Assembly (NCBI GenBank): GCA_963743085.1
Contig: CAVUOU010000034.1
Coordinates: forward strand, 3,679 to 67,678
Length of the DNA stretch: 64,000 nt
Direction: 5' to 3'
Source of the DNA: an uncultured Actinomycetota bacterium
GTDB taxonomy: Bacteria > Actinomycetota > Actinomycetes > Streptosporangiales > Streptosporangiaceae
Of the stretch, positions 28,875-41,981 are shown piece after piece (the first letter of the stretch is position 1; each line of letters begins with the position of its first letter). The position numbers and the translations under genes are program-made. Under the pieces are notes generated by a model. It did not search any database, was not told the DNA's origin, and was given only the letters and a program-made list of their open reading frames with translations.

Positions 28875-29339
28875 ATGACTGACGAGGTGCTGAGCAGGAC
28901 CTTGACGATCAAGGCACCCGCGATGCGGATATTCGAGACACTGGCGGATCCGGCGAGCCATGCGGCGATCGACGGCACGGGGTGGGTCCGTCAGCCGCTG
29001 GACACCGCGCCTGTGACGGCAGCGGGCCAGGTCTTCCGGATGGCGATGTTCCGCGAGGCGTCCGGCGACTACGTGATGGCGAACAGGGTCAAGGACTTCG
29101 ACCCGCCGCGTGCCATCTCCTGGGAGCCTGGCCTGGTCACCGACGGCCAGAATGAGCAACGATACGGCCACTGGATCTGGCGTTACGACCTGACCCCGGT
29201 GACTGAGTCCGAGACCGAGGTGCGGCTGTCTTACGATTGGTCGGCGGTTCCCCAGGCTCTCCGGGAGCGGATTCCGTTTCCTCCGTTTCCGCCGGAGCAC
29301 TTGGAGAACTCGCTTCAGCATCTGGCCAAGCTCGCTTAG
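28875..29339 (+). CDS. SRPBCC (START/polyketide-cyclase-like) family protein
   Basis: LTIKAPAMRIFETLADPASHAAIDGTGWV ... LSYDWSAVP pattern. Confidence 0.5.
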   Translation: MTDEVLSRTLTIKAPAMRIFETLADPASHAAIDGTGWVRQPLDTAPVTAAGQVFRMAMFREASGDYVMANRVKDFDPPRAISWEPGLVTDGQNEQRYGHWIWRYDLTPVTESETEVRLSYDWSAVPQALRERIPFPPFPPEHLENSLQHLAKLA

Positions 29340-29352
29340 CGAGCCGGGCGAG

Positions 29353-30177
29353 CTACGCTCCCCGGAGCCTGTCCAACGCCGTGGCCACCTTCCGCTCGGC
29401 CGCCTCGGCCCGCCGGGCGCGCAGCCTGGCTTGTGCCAGTTCGTCCCGCGCGGCCGTGACGCGTTCTTCGAGATCGCGGACCACCGCTTCCAGCCGTTCC
29501 TCTTCGGCCGCGGTGGAGGCGGTGATGACCGCGGCATTCGCAACGGCTCGTTCTGCTTCCTGGACGCGCTGACGGTGGCGGTTCTGCTCTTCCGCCTCCC
29601 GGAGCGGAGCGGAGGCCCGCGAGGTCGGCTTCGGCTTGGCGACCGGCTCAGCGGAGGGTGCCCGCTCGGGCCGGGGGACAGGTACCGGCCCCGCGTCAGC
29701 ACTCGGCTCGAACACGCCGAACCCGGCCCAGTGCACCGGCCGGGTCAGCGTCCCGGCGGATAGCTCCGCCGCGACCTCTGGGTCGGCGATCGCCGCCGAC
29801 AGAGTAGCCGACACGTCCCCGCGCAAGGCCGCCGCCGGATCAGGTACCGAAGCGAGCGTGAGCTCGGTAAGGGAATCCACCAGTGCCGAACGCGTCGCGG
29901 ACAGTTCACGAAGCCGAGCGCCGTCACGCGAGGAGGCTGCTGACCGGAGGCCGTCGCTCAGTTCCGCGAGCTCGGCCGGTACTTCGGGATGCTCCCGCAC
30001 CAGGCTATTCAGCAGCCAGGCCGGGCGGGTGGGCTTGCGCAGCGCCGCGATCCGCTTGGCCGCGTCGGAATCTCCGGCCGCGCGTGCCGACTTCACCAGT
30101 TCGGCGCGGCGAGCGGTGAAATCGTCCGGGTCCCGGCCGTATAGCTCGGCGGCGGCCTCACCCGCCCGGTCGGTCAT
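29353..30177 (-). CDS. hypothetical helical protein
   Basis: Coding-like. 4-nt overlap with the PIG-L gene upstream. Charged coiled-coil C-terminus. Confidence 0.4.
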   Translation of the reverse strand: MTDRAGEAAAELYGRDPDDFTARRAELVKSARAAGDSDAAKRIAALRKPTRPAWLLNSLVREHPEVPAELAELSDGLRSAASSRDGARLRELSATRSALVDSLTELTLASVPDPAAALRGDVSATLSAAIADPEVAAELSAGTLTRPVHWAGFGVFEPSADAGPVPVPRPERAPSAEPVAKPKPTSRASAPLREAEEQNRHRQRVQEAERAVANAAVITASTAAEEERLEAVVRDLEERVTAARDELAQARLRARRAEAAERKVATALDRLRGA

Positions 30178-31013
30178 CGCAGGCCGGAGAACAGATCGTT
30201 TTCCGGGATCGGGGCACCGGTCGAGTCGGCGGCCCGGATGAATGACTCGAAGCCGAACGCCTCGCCAGCTACCGTCGGCGGGATCTTGGCGAACCAGGAT
30301 TCGGCGATCTGGCTGTTGTGCGCGAGCAGCGCTTCGCGCTTGCGGTCCAGCACGCTCCTGATGTCGAGGGTGGTGGTGATGCGTGCCTCGGACTCAGCGG
30401 CGGCGCGGGCGGCCGCGCGTCCCTCCTCTGAGTCGTTGTCCCAGGTGGGAACCTCCTCGCCGGCCTCGCGGAGCGCCTCCCACACCTTGGCGAACGAGCT
30501 GCTACGCATCGCGGACAGGTACAGCTTGGCGGGGATGCCGGACTGCTTGAACGCGGCCTGCGCGGCCTGGCTGGCGTGCACGTGGTCGGGGTGCTGGTAC
30601 GGACCCTTGTCGTCGTAGGTGATCAGGATCTGCGGGCGGTACTTCTCTATCAGCCCCGCGATGCGGTCCGCGACCTCGGACAGCGGCACGTTGCTGAACG
30701 CGTCAGGGCGGAATTTGTACTCCCAGTCCGGCATGCCGGAGTCGTGGTAACCGAGTGTCTCAAGCTCGCTAACGCCGAGGATGGTGGCCGACTCGCGCAG
30801 CTCGGCGAGCCTGATCTTCGCCACGGCTTGCTCATCGTGGCCCGGCTGGCCGGGTTTGATCCCGCCGGGGGCATCGCCGAATTCGCCGTTCGTGCAGGTC
30901 ACGACGATGGTCCGGACGCCCTCATCGGAATAGAGCGCCAGCACGCCCCCGGTGCTGGAGGCCTCGTCATCGGGGTGAGCGTGCACCGCCATGAGAGTCA
31001 GAGGTTCTGTCAT
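30174..31013 (-). CDS. PIG-L family deacetylase (MshB/Mca-like)
   Basis: LMAVHAHPDDEASSTGGVLALY ... ITYDDKGPYQHPDHVH zinc-binding motifs. Confidence 0.7.
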   Translation of the reverse strand: MTEPLTLMAVHAHPDDEASSTGGVLALYSDEGVRTIVVTCTNGEFGDAPGGIKPGQPGHDEQAVAKIRLAELRESATILGVSELETLGYHDSGMPDWEYKFRPDAFSNVPLSEVADRIAGLIEKYRPQILITYDDKGPYQHPDHVHASQAAQAAFKQSGIPAKLYLSAMRSSSFAKVWEALREAGEEVPTWDNDSEEGRAAARAAAESEARITTTLDIRSVLDRKREALLAHNSQIAESWFAKIPPTVAGEAFGFESFIRAADSTGAPIPENDLFSGLR

Positions 31014-31408
31014 GGAAACAAGCTTGCCCGAGCCCGGCCACTACCTGGGAACCGGCCCGCCGGCCACGCGAGGAGGACGGGCGTCCTGGTCGTGGTTTTG
31101 CTTCGCGGCGGAGGGTGCGTGAACCGGACATCCGTGCCCATTTCGCCCGACTGCCGGGCTTGATGATCATGGTCGGTGCTGCACTAGCCACACTCTTTGC
31201 TTGGTAAGGCCGCACAGACCATAATCACCTCGGGCCTAGGGTGGCGACGGGAGTCGGCGCAACCGGGTGATATCGCCGCAAAACGGCCGGGGCGGTGGGG
31301 GAGCCGCCGCCACCCCGACCGGTCGGCCGGGAGCCGCCGCCGCCGGCCGGTTGGCTGGCTGGGACGCCGCGGCCGCCACGACCAGGCTCGTGGCGGCCGT
31401 GGCGCAGC

Positions 31409-32593
31409 TTAGTGATCGGCGGCCTGTCCGTTTACCGCGGCCTCCGGCCTGACGACGGCCGGTGTGGTACGGAGCGTGTCGAGCACCGCCATGCCTTGGG
31501 CCACGATGCCGGTCAGCACCTGGCCGACGCCCTCGGTGCCGTTCAGAACGGTCAGATGAGAGTCGGCCAGCCCGCGGGCGGCGGCCTCCACGACCTGCGG
31601 CAGCATCTCGACCAGGCGGCTCGCCGCGATCAGTTCCTGGTTGCCGTCGCGCAGCGACGCGGCTCGCGCCGTGTTCGCATCCGCCTCGGCGGAGGCGAGC
31701 GCCCGCTCGGCATCCGCCTCCGCCGCGGCAGACGCCCGCCTGGCGAAGCCATCCGCCTCGGCGAGGGTCCGCTTGCGGTAGGCCTCGGCGTCCGCCGGGC
31801 GGCGGACCTCGGCCTCGAGCCTCTGCGCGGCGAGTTCGGCTTGCCGTTGCGCGACCAAGGTCTGCTGCTGGATAACCTCCTGGGACGCCTGGGCCTGGGC
31901 CAGCGGGCCCGCCTGCGCGGCACGCGACTTGGCCTCCTCGGTCTCGGCGAGGTAGCCCGCGCGCTTGATCTCCGTGTCCCGCTCGAACTGGGCTTTCATC
32001 GCGGCGGCTTCCAGTTCGCGCTCAGTTGCCTCCTGATCCGCTCGGGCCTGGGCGATCCTGGCCTGACTGGCGATGTTGGCGGCGTGTGGCGCGGCGAGGT
32101 TCTTGATGTAGCCGGTGGAGTCCTCGATCTCCTGGATCTCCAGCGCGTCGACGACGATGCCCAGCTTCTCCATTTCGCTGTGGCTGCCGTCCTTCACCTC
32201 CTGCGCGACCCGGTCCCGTTCCCTGATGATCTGCTCGACGGTGAGCCCGCCGACGATGGACCGCAGGTGCCCGGCGAAGATGCGGCCGACGAGGACGTCC
32301 ATCTTGTCCTGCTCGGACAGGAAGCGGCGGGCGGCGTTGGCGATGGACGCTGAGTCGTCACCGACCTTGAACGCGGCGACCGACCTGACGTTGATCCGGA
32401 TCCCCTGATTGGTGATGCATTCCTCGGTGATCTCCGCCTCGCGCAGCGCGAGCGACAGCAGCCGCGCATTGCGGACCACCGGCAGCACGAACGCGCCGTG
32501 GCCGGTGACGATGCGGAACTGCGTCTCGTCCGTGTGCTTGGATCCGGAGATGAGGAGTGCCTCGTTCGGTGCCGGAACCCGCCAAAAGAACAT
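31409..32593 (-). CDS. SPFH/band-7 flotillin-like protein
   Basis: SPFH domain followed by a long Ala/Glu/Gln-rich coiled coil. Confidence 0.8.
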   Translation of the reverse strand: MFFWRVPAPNEALLISGSKHTDETQFRIVTGHGAFVLPVVRNARLLSLALREAEITEECITNQGIRINVRSVAAFKVGDDSASIANAARRFLSEQDKMDVLVGRIFAGHLRSIVGGLTVEQIIRERDRVAQEVKDGSHSEMEKLGIVVDALEIQEIEDSTGYIKNLAAPHAANIASQARIAQARADQEATERELEAAAMKAQFERDTEIKRAGYLAETEEAKSRAAQAGPLAQAQASQEVIQQQTLVAQRQAELAAQRLEAEVRRPADAEAYRKRTLAEADGFARRASAAAEADAERALASAEADANTARAASLRDGNQELIAASRLVEMLPQVVEAAARGLADSHLTVLNGTEGVGQVLTGIVAQGMAVLDTLRTTPAVVRPEAAVNGQAADH

Positions 32594-32624
32594 GACTAAC
32601 TGCCCCCTTTATAGGGTGACCTAG

Positions 32625-32837
32625 TTACTGGAATGGGGTAACGAAGACAGAGCGAGCCGAGATGCACTCGACGACCACTACACGCCGGTGCCTGGCTATC
32701 GGCTCGTCGGACCAGGCGGCGAACGCCTCACTGCCGCCGCGTACCGGGAGCAGTACTTCACCTGGCCCGTTTGCCGGTATGGAAACGGTTACTCGCCCGA
32801 CCTTGCCGAGAAGATTCTCCCGCGCGCCAACGGACAC
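32625..32837 (-). CDS. NfeD-like OB-fold protein (flotillin partner)
   Basis: GKVGRVTVSIPANGPGEVLLPVRGGSEAFAAWSDEPI fits the short NfeD/YuaF pattern. Sits immediately upstream of the flotillin gene. Confidence 0.5.
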   Translation of the reverse strand: MSVGARENLLGKVGRVTVSIPANGPGEVLLPVRGGSEAFAAWSDEPIARHRRVVVVECISARSVFVTPFQ

Positions 32838-32873
32838 TTGGTCCCCACCGGCTCTCTGTTTGCTATGCCCAAT

Positions 32874-33773
32874 TCACGGTATAGCACCGCAAACGCGTCG
32901 CGTACGAGACCCTAACAGCGTCCTAACGAGGAGGCTGCCCGGCTGGATTGTCACGGTCAGGGTGCGGGCCGAAGGACCTGGGAGAATGTCGCCATCGGCC
33001 TGGCGGGGGAGCGGCTTGTCCGAGGTGATCTCGATCCGAGTGGCGGGAAAATTCTCCAGGTGGCCGTCGCCACGAAGCACGTGGCCGGCCAGGGTGATCC
33101 AGCCGAACGGCCCGTGCGGGGCCAGCACCCCCACGTCGAGTACACCGTCGTCCACCCGAGCATCCGGCAGGATGGTAAAGCCGCCCGGCAAGAGTCCGCA
33201 GTTGGCGACGACAATGGAGCGCGCCGTTCTGGTAAAGGGTTCTTGATCGCCGACCCGGATGGTGAAGTGAGCCGGCGCACCCACCACGTGGGCGACACCC
33301 GACAAACCATAGGAAATCCACCCGAGGTTGCGCTTGAGGCGGGCGGCGGCGACCACGGCGGCGTCAATGCCGATGCCCGCCATCGCGGTGAAGGTCATGC
33401 TGTCCGCGGTGGCCAGATCGATCCGGCGGTCCCGTCCGTCGAACGCGGTGCGCAACGCGGTGACCGGGTGCCGCGGGAGCCCGAGGGCGCGGGCGAGCAG
33501 GTTGGCGGTCCCGAGCGGGACGATCCCCAGCGGAACGCCGCTGCCGGTCAGCGCCTGGGCGCAGCTGCGAACCGTCCCGTCCCCGCCCGCCGCGACGACC
33601 AGCGCGGCGCCGTCAGCGACGGCGCGACTAGCCGCCGCGACGCCGTCCGCCGCCGTGCTGGTCACCGTGACGCAGGGCTGCCAGCCAGCCCGTTTCGCGA
33701 GCGTGGCACATGCCGCTTGGAGCCGGGGGCTGGCGTGTGTTCCGTTGACGATGAAATGAGCGGCGGGGGCCAC
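32874..33773 (-). CDS. DAGK_cat-family lipid kinase (YegS/BmrU-like)
   Basis: LVVAAGGDGTV ... GIVPLGTANLLARAL motifs. Confidence 0.65.
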   Translation of the reverse strand: MAPAAHFIVNGTHASPRLQAACATLAKRAGWQPCVTVTSTAADGVAAASRAVADGAALVVAAGGDGTVRSCAQALTGSGVPLGIVPLGTANLLARALGLPRHPVTALRTAFDGRDRRIDLATADSMTFTAMAGIGIDAAVVAAARLKRNLGWISYGLSGVAHVVGAPAHFTIRVGDQEPFTRTARSIVVANCGLLPGGFTILPDARVDDGVLDVGVLAPHGPFGWITLAGHVLRGDGHLENFPATRIEITSDKPLPRQADGDILPGPSARTLTVTIQPGSLLVRTLLGSRTRRVCGAIP

Positions 33774-33776
33774 CAG

Positions 33777-35195
33777 CTACGACAGGTGCCAATGGAACGG
33801 CTTGAGCAGGTCGTCCACCTCCGATGGTCCCCAGGTTCCCTTCGCGTAAGGCTTGACCGGCGGCGGTGATTGCAGCAGCGGCTCGGAGATCTCCCAGACC
33901 CGCTCGATCCCGTCGGCGCGGGTGAACAGCGACTGATCGCCGAGCATCGCCTGCAGTATCAGCCGCTCGTAGCCTTCCAGCGCGTTCGCCTGGGCGAAGG
34001 AGTTCGCGTAGCTGAAGTTCATCGACGTCCGCCCCAGGGTTATCTCCGGCCCGGGCTCCTTGGCGAGGAAGTCGATGCTGATTGACCCTGGATCGGCGAA
34101 GTCGATGACGAGTTCGTTGTCGGTGCTCGAGGGCAGGTGGCCCCGGTGCACGTGGAACATCCGCAGCGCCGGCTCACGGAAGCCGAGCGTGATGACCTGG
34201 CGGCTCGCCGCCATGGACTTGCCCGACCGCAGGAAGAACGGGACGCCGTGCCATCGCCAGTTGTCTATCTCGGCCCGCACCGCGACCATCGTCTCGGTGT
34301 CGGAGTCCGGCGCGACGCCCGGTTCTGAACAGTATCCCTCGTATTGCCCGCGCACGACGTGCCGGACGTCCAGCGGCAGCAGCGAGTCGAAGGCCTTCGA
34401 CTTCTCGTCGCGCAGCGGCTTGGCGGACAGCGACGTCGGCGGCTCCATCGCCACGAAGCCGAGCACCTGGAGCAGGTGGGTGACCACCATGTCGCGGTAG
34501 GCGCCGGTCGCGTCGTAGAACGCCGCACGCCCCTCGATCGACAGCGTCTCCGGCACGTCTATTTGGACATAACGCAGGTGGTAATTGTTCCAGATCGGCT
34601 CGAACAACCCGTTGGCGAAACGGAACGCCAAAATGTTGTCGACCGACTCCTTGCCCAGGAAGTGGTCGATCCGGAACACCTGGTCCTCGGAGAAGACCTT
34701 GTGCACCAGGTCGTTCAGCGCCCGCGCCGAAGCCAGGTCGGTGCCGAACGGCTTCTCGATGATGACCCGCGAGTCCGGCGTCGCGAGTCCCGATGAGCCG
34801 AGTTCGCCGACCACCGAGCCGAACGCGACGGGCGGGACGGCCAGGTGGAACAGCCGCCGCGGCGAACCTCCGATGGCCTCCTCGGCGGCGTGCACCGCGT
34901 CTACCAGCGGCTGGCTGGCACCAGGGTCGGCCACGCCGAAGGACAGGTTCGCGGCGAAGGCGTCCCACGTCGCGCCGGTCGGCTTGGTGTTGCCGAACTC
35001 GGTCACCGCGTCCTTCGCGTGCTGCCGGAAATCATCCTCCGACAGCGCCGCGTTGGCCGGCGAGGAACCGATGATCCGGTACCGCTCGGGGAGCAGCCCG
35101 GCGACCGCGAGGTGGTACAGCCCGGGCAGCAGCTTCCGCTTCGCAAGGTCACCGGTCGCGCCGAACATGACGATGACGTGATTTTCTGGCCGCAT
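33777..35195 (-). CDS. zwf: glucose-6-phosphate 1-dehydrogenase
   Basis: IVMFGATGDLAKRKLLPGLYHL, RVIIEKPFG and RIDHFLGKE signatures. Confidence 0.85.
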   Translation of the reverse strand: MRPENHVIVMFGATGDLAKRKLLPGLYHLAVAGLLPERYRIIGSSPANAALSEDDFRQHAKDAVTEFGNTKPTGATWDAFAANLSFGVADPGASQPLVDAVHAAEEAIGGSPRRLFHLAVPPVAFGSVVGELGSSGLATPDSRVIIEKPFGTDLASARALNDLVHKVFSEDQVFRIDHFLGKESVDNILAFRFANGLFEPIWNNYHLRYVQIDVPETLSIEGRAAFYDATGAYRDMVVTHLLQVLGFVAMEPPTSLSAKPLRDEKSKAFDSLLPLDVRHVVRGQYEGYCSEPGVAPDSDTETMVAVRAEIDNWRWHGVPFFLRSGKSMAASRQVITLGFREPALRMFHVHRGHLPSSTDNELVIDFADPGSISIDFLAKEPGPEITLGRTSMNFSYANSFAQANALEGYERLILQAMLGDQSLFTRADGIERVWEISEPLLQSPPPVKPYAKGTWGPSEVDDLLKPFHWHLS

Positions 35196-35197
35196 GT

Positions 35198-36208
35198 TCA
35201 CGATTTCTTCTCCGCGTGGCCGCCGAACTCGGACCGCATCGCGGACAGCACCTTGGCGGTGAACTGGCCGTTGTCCCGCGACTCGAATCGCTCGTAGAGC
35301 GACGCCGAGATGACCGAGGCGGGCACGCCCTCGTCGATCGCCGCAAGTACCGTCCAGCGGCCCTCGCCGGAGTCGGAGACATGTCCCGAGAAGTCCGACA
35401 GCTGCGGGTCCTTCACCAGGGCGGCGGCGATCAGGTCGACCAGCCAGGAGCTGACCACCGATCCGCGCCGCCACACCTCGGCGACGTCGGCCACGTTGAT
35501 GTCGTACTGGTACGCCTCCGGCGTCCGCAGCGGCGTGGTCTCCGCGTCGATCTCCTGCTGGTGCAGGCCGATGTCCGCGTGCTTGATGATCGACAGGCCC
35601 TCGGCGATCGAGGCCATCATGCCGTACTCGACGCCGTTGTGCACCATCTTGACGAAGTGCCCGGCGCCGGCCGGGCCGCAGTGCAGGTATCCCTGCTGGG
35701 CGGTTCCGCCGGGCTTACGCCCTGGCGTCACCGGAGCAGACGACTCACCGGGCGCGATCGTCTTGAAGATCGGGTCCATCCGGGCGACGGCTGTGTCGTC
35801 GCCGCCGATCATCAGGGAGTAGCCGCGTTCCAGGCCCCAGACGCCGCCGCTGGTGCCCACGTCGACGTAGTGCAGTCCGTGCGCCGCGACCGCTTTGGCC
35901 CGGTCGATGTCGTCACGGTAGTAGGTGTTTCCGCCGTCGATGACCGTGTCGTCGGCGTCAAGCAGCGGCACGAGCTCGTCCAGCGTGGACGCCACGATTC
36001 CGGCCGGGAGCATGAGCCAGACGTTGCGCGGCTTTTCGAGCTTGGATACGAAATCGGCGAGTGAGGTCGCGCCCACCGCGCCCTCGGACTCGAGCGCCTT
36101 CACGGCGTCCGCGTTCACGTCGTAGGCGACGCAATGATGACCATCGCGCATCAGCCGCCGGACCAGGTTCGCACCCATCCGGCCAAGTCCGATCATGCCC
36201 AGTTGCAT
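35198..36208 (-). CDS. gnd: 6-phosphogluconate dehydrogenase (decarboxylating), short about 330-aa type
   Basis: MQLGMIGLGRMGANLVRRL Rossmann N-terminus plus a 6PGD C-terminal domain. The stop abuts the zwf start. Confidence 0.8.
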   Translation of the reverse strand: MQLGMIGLGRMGANLVRRLMRDGHHCVAYDVNADAVKALESEGAVGATSLADFVSKLEKPRNVWLMLPAGIVASTLDELVPLLDADDTVIDGGNTYYRDDIDRAKAVAAHGLHYVDVGTSGGVWGLERGYSLMIGGDDTAVARMDPIFKTIAPGESSAPVTPGRKPGGTAQQGYLHCGPAGAGHFVKMVHNGVEYGMMASIAEGLSIIKHADIGLHQQEIDAETTPLRTPEAYQYDINVADVAEVWRRGSVVSSWLVDLIAAALVKDPQLSDFSGHVSDSGEGRWTVLAAIDEGVPASVISASLYERFESRDNGQFTAKVLSAMRSEFGGHAEKKS

Positions 36209-36228
36209 AGGCCTGTCAGTTGCCATTT

Positions 36229-37878
36229 TTATGCCCCCTTCAAGGACCGGTACCGGCGTATCAGCGTATTCGTGGACGAATCATGATCCAACGCCGGTTC
36301 AGAGGTGGCGGTGAGCTCCGGAATGATCTGCTGCGCGAGGATCTTGCCGAGTTCGACGCCCCACTGGTCGAAGGAGTCAATACCCCAGATCGTGCCCTGG
36401 ACGAACACCGAGTGCTCATACAGCGCCACCAGCGAACCGAGCAGCCGCGGCGTGAGAATCTCCGCGAGCAGCACGTTGGTCGGCCGGTTGCCCTCCATGA
36501 CCTTGTGCGGCGCGACGTTCGCGGGGGTTCCCTCGGCGAGGATCTCGTCAAGGGTCTTCCCGAAGGCCAGTGCCTGGGCCTGTGCGAACACGTTGCTCAT
36601 CAGGTCGTCGTGGTGGTCACCGAGCGGGTTCAGTGACTTGCCGAACCCGATCAGATCGACCGGGATCAGTGACGTTCCCTGGTGAATGAGCTGATAGAAG
36701 CTGTGCTGCCCGTTAGTTCCGGGTTCGCCCCAGTACACCGCGCCGGTGTCGTAGTCCACGTGCTCGCCGGTGAGCGTCACGTGCTTGCCGTTGGACTCCA
36801 TCGTGAGCTGCTGCAGGTAGGCGGGAAACCGCTTCAGGTACTGCTCGTAGGGCATCACGCCGACGGTCTGCGCGCCGAAGAAATCGCGGTACCACACCGC
36901 CAGCAGGCCGAGGAGCACCGGCAGGTTGGACTCAAGCGGCGCCGACTGGAAATGCTCGTCGATCGCGCGGAACCCGGCCAGCAGCTCATAGAACCCGTCT
37001 GGTCCGAGTGCGATCATGGTGGACAGCCCGATCGCGGAGTCCATCGAGTAGCGACCGCCGACCCAGTCCCAGAATCCGAACATGTTCGCCGTGTCGATAC
37101 CGAATTCCGACACCCGCTCGGCATTGGTGGAAACCGCGACGAAATGGTTCGCCACCGCGTCCTGCGAGCCAAGCGCGTTCACGATCCAGTCCCGCGCCGA
37201 CCGGGCATTGGTCAGCGTCTCCAGCGTCCCGAAAGTCTTAGACGAGATGATGAACAGCGTCTCCGCGGGGTCCAGATCCCTGGTCGCCTCCACCAGGTCG
37301 GTGGAGTCCACATTGGAGACGAACCGGAACGTCATGTCCCGCTTCGAGTAATGCTTCAGCGCCTCATACGCCATTACCGGACCAAGGTCGCTGCCTCCGA
37401 TCCCGATGTTCACAACGTTCCGTATCGTCCGGCCGGTAAAACCTTTGAATTGACCAGAACGAAGGCGCTCAGTAAACTCGGCCATCTTCCTCAGCACGGC
37501 GTGCACGTCGCCCACGACGTCCTGGCCGTCGACGACAAGTTTCGCTGCCCGTGTTTCCGGAGAGCTCAGTGGCATGCGCAGCGCCACATGGAGCACGGCG
37601 CGGTTCTCCGACACGTTGATGTGCTCGCCGCGGAACATCGCGTCGCGTCGTTCCTCGACGTCGGACTCCCTGGCCAGTTCGACGAGCAGCCGGAGGGTCT
37701 CGTCGGTCACCCGGTTCTTCGAGTAGTCCAGGTAGAGCCCCGCGGCCTCCGCCGTCAGCCGCTCGCCACGTCCCGGGTCCTCGGCGAAGAACTCCCGCAG
37801 GTGCCGGCCGCCGATCTCCGCGTGGTGCCGCTCTAGTGCTTGCCAGGCCTTGCGTTCCCGCAGCGGAACCGCTGCCAT
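36229..37878 (-). CDS. pgi: glucose-6-phosphate isomerase
   Basis: [14 protein letters not shown] and a conserved PGI C-terminus. Confidence 0.85.
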   Translation of the reverse strand: MAAVPLRERKAWQALERHHAEIGGRHLREFFAEDPGRGERLTAEAAGLYLDYSKNRVTDETLRLLVELARESDVEERRDAMFRGEHINVSENRAVLHVALRMPLSSPETRAAKLVVDGQDVVGDVHAVLRKMAEFTERLRSGQFKGFTGRTIRNVVNIGIGGSDLGPVMAYEALKHYSKRDMTFRFVSNVDSTDLVEATRDLDPAETLFIISSKTFGTLETLTNARSARDWIVNALGSQDAVANHFVAVSTNAERVSEFGIDTANMFGFWDWVGGRYSMDSAIGLSTMIALGPDGFYELLAGFRAIDEHFQSAPLESNLPVLLGLLAVWYRDFFGAQTVGVMPYEQYLKRFPAYLQQLTMESNGKHVTLTGEHVDYDTGAVYWGEPGTNGQHSFYQLIHQGTSLIPVDLIGFGKSLNPLGDHHDDLMSNVFAQAQALAFGKTLDEILAEGTPANVAPHKVMEGNRPTNVLLAEILTPRLLGSLVALYEHSVFVQGTIWGIDSFDQWGVELGKILAQQIIPELTATSEPALDHDSSTNTLIRRYRSLKGA

Positions 37879-37959
37879 CGGATTTCTCCCCTCGTTTGCT
37901 GCTATCTGCTCCAACCAGATCGTTTCATGCCTGCCGCCTGCTCCGCGCGTCAACCCCGC

Positions 37960-39735
37960 TCAGCGGGACCGCAGCGGGCGGGTGACTTCAAGGACGGCCG
38001 GGTTACTGGGGAGGTCTTCGACGAGGACCGGCTTGCCCGCGCCGTCGGACAGCGGGACGCGCCAGTTGGGGTATTCGTCGGTGGTGCCGGGAATGTTCTG
38101 CGGTCCCCGCTCTCCAACTGCGTCGGCGAGCGCGACTCCGATCAGCAACGCGGGAGATTCCGCGATATATGCGTACAGCGCCGCGGTGAAGCCGGTCGCG
38201 TCAGGAGTCCGGTCACGCGTCAGCAAGCGTTCGCGGGCCAGTGCGTCCAGCCAGGAGCCGAGTGCCCGTTTCGCGTCGGCCCGTTCGGCATCCTCGGATC
38301 GGGTAAGCAAGCCCAGCTTGGCGCGCAGCGCGACGTGCTCGCCGGTGAGGAAGGCGGCGGCCGGCGGCAGGTCGTGGGTGGACACCGTGGCCAGGCTGTC
38401 GCGTCGCCACCGCCGCGGTGGCAGCGGTCTCCCGTCTGGCAACCGTTCGAACCAGAGCATCGAGGTGCCGAGGATGTGCTTGCGGTCGAGGAACCCGCGC
38501 AGCCCGCGCTCGACCGTGCCGAGATCCTCGCCGATGGCGAGCCCGCCGGCCTTGGTGGCTGACTCCGCGAGCACGCCCACCGTGGCGGACCGGTCATACC
38601 GCAGGTAGGTGCCCTTGTCGGGCGTCAGGCCGTCCGGGATAACCCACAGCCGGGACAGCCCCATGACATGGTCGACGCGCAGCGCGCCCGCGTCCCGGTA
38701 GACCGCGTCGAACAGCTCGGCCATCGGCTGGTATCCGTGGGCGGCGAGGTTGCCTGGGTGCCACGGCGGGAGTGCCCAGTTCTGCCCGAGCTGGTTGAAC
38801 TCGTCCGGTGGCGCGCCCACTGTGAGCCCGCCGACCAGCACATCCTGGCGGGCCCAGGCGTCGAAACCACCTGGGTAGGTGCCGACCGCGAGATCGTGCA
38901 CGATCCCGATGCTCATTCCGGCGTCCAGCGCCGCGCGTTGCGCATCCGCCGCCTGCTCCGCGATCTGCCACTGCAGCCACTCGTGAAACGCGACCAGCTG
39001 GGAGTGCGCGTCGCGGAACTCCGCGACTTCCGCGGACGACGGGTCGCGCAGCCGCTTCGGCCAGACGCGGTAGTCGTGACCGTGCGTCTCGGCGATCGCG
39101 CACCAAGTCGCCCAGCCGGTCAGCGCCTGGCCCTCACGGACCCGGAACGCGTCCAGCGATCGTTGCCGGGCCGGGACCAGCGCGACGGTGAAGATCTGCT
39201 CCAGCGCTTTCCTCTTGGCCGTCCAGACGGCGTCGCGGTCGATGAGCGCGGAGGTTGTGCTGGCTGACAGGAGGTCCTTGGGAGCATCCACGCGCCGTTG
39301 TGAAAACTCTGGTATGTCCTCTACCCGGAGGTAGAGCGGGCTGAGGAAGCGGCGGCTCATCGGCGTGTACGGCGACGCCGTGATCGGCGGCACCGGCTCG
39401 GCGGCGTGCAGCGGATTGACCAGCACGAAGGACGCGCCGAGATCGCGTGCCGCCCAGGTCGCGAAGTCGGCTAGGTCCCGTAGGTCACCGTGGCCCCAGG
39501 AGTTCCGGGACCGCAGCGAGTACAACTGCACGGCGAAGCCCCATGCGCGTTTCGGTGGCAACGGCGCGATGGCTGTCGGCTGAGGGTTCTTGGGGGTTTC
39601 GGTGGGGGGCGGGCCAAGCGCGTCAAGGACGGCGGCTAGCGTCGCTTCCCGCACGTGGTGCGTGCGGCCGCTCACGGTCCACGACGTCGCGATGCCGTGA
39701 CGGCGGGCATTCCGGCGTAGTTCGGCGCTTGTCAC
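37960..39735 (-). CDS. malQ: 4-alpha-glucanotransferase (amylomaltase, GH77)
   Basis: AWGFAVQLYSLRS..SWGHGDLRDL and the GH77 core. Confidence 0.8.
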   Translation of the reverse strand: MTSAELRRNARRHGIATSWTVSGRTHHVREATLAAVLDALGPPPTETPKNPQPTAIAPLPPKRAWGFAVQLYSLRSRNSWGHGDLRDLADFATWAARDLGASFVLVNPLHAAEPVPPITASPYTPMSRRFLSPLYLRVEDIPEFSQRRVDAPKDLLSASTTSALIDRDAVWTAKRKALEQIFTVALVPARQRSLDAFRVREGQALTGWATWCAIAETHGHDYRVWPKRLRDPSSAEVAEFRDAHSQLVAFHEWLQWQIAEQAADAQRAALDAGMSIGIVHDLAVGTYPGGFDAWARQDVLVGGLTVGAPPDEFNQLGQNWALPPWHPGNLAAHGYQPMAELFDAVYRDAGALRVDHVMGLSRLWVIPDGLTPDKGTYLRYDRSATVGVLAESATKAGGLAIGEDLGTVERGLRGFLDRKHILGTSMLWFERLPDGRPLPPRRWRRDSLATVSTHDLPPAAAFLTGEHVALRAKLGLLTRSEDAERADAKRALGSWLDALARERLLTRDRTPDATGFTAALYAYIAESPALLIGVALADAVGERGPQNIPGTTDEYPNWRVPLSDGAGKPVLVEDLPSNPAVLEVTRPLRSR

Positions 39736-39785
39736 TCATCCAGTCTGCCAGGTCTTGCGCTCCATAACGATGAGTGCGAGTCTGA

Positions 39786-41957
<2,172 letters not shown>

Positions 41958-41981
41958 CCGCTCCAGCGGCCGACGAGCCGG

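Noticed and set aside
31267-32353. GC-rich plus-strand ORFs opposite the flotillin gene
   Set aside because: Arg/Pro/Gly-rich antisense translations. Flotillin on the minus strand has clear homology.
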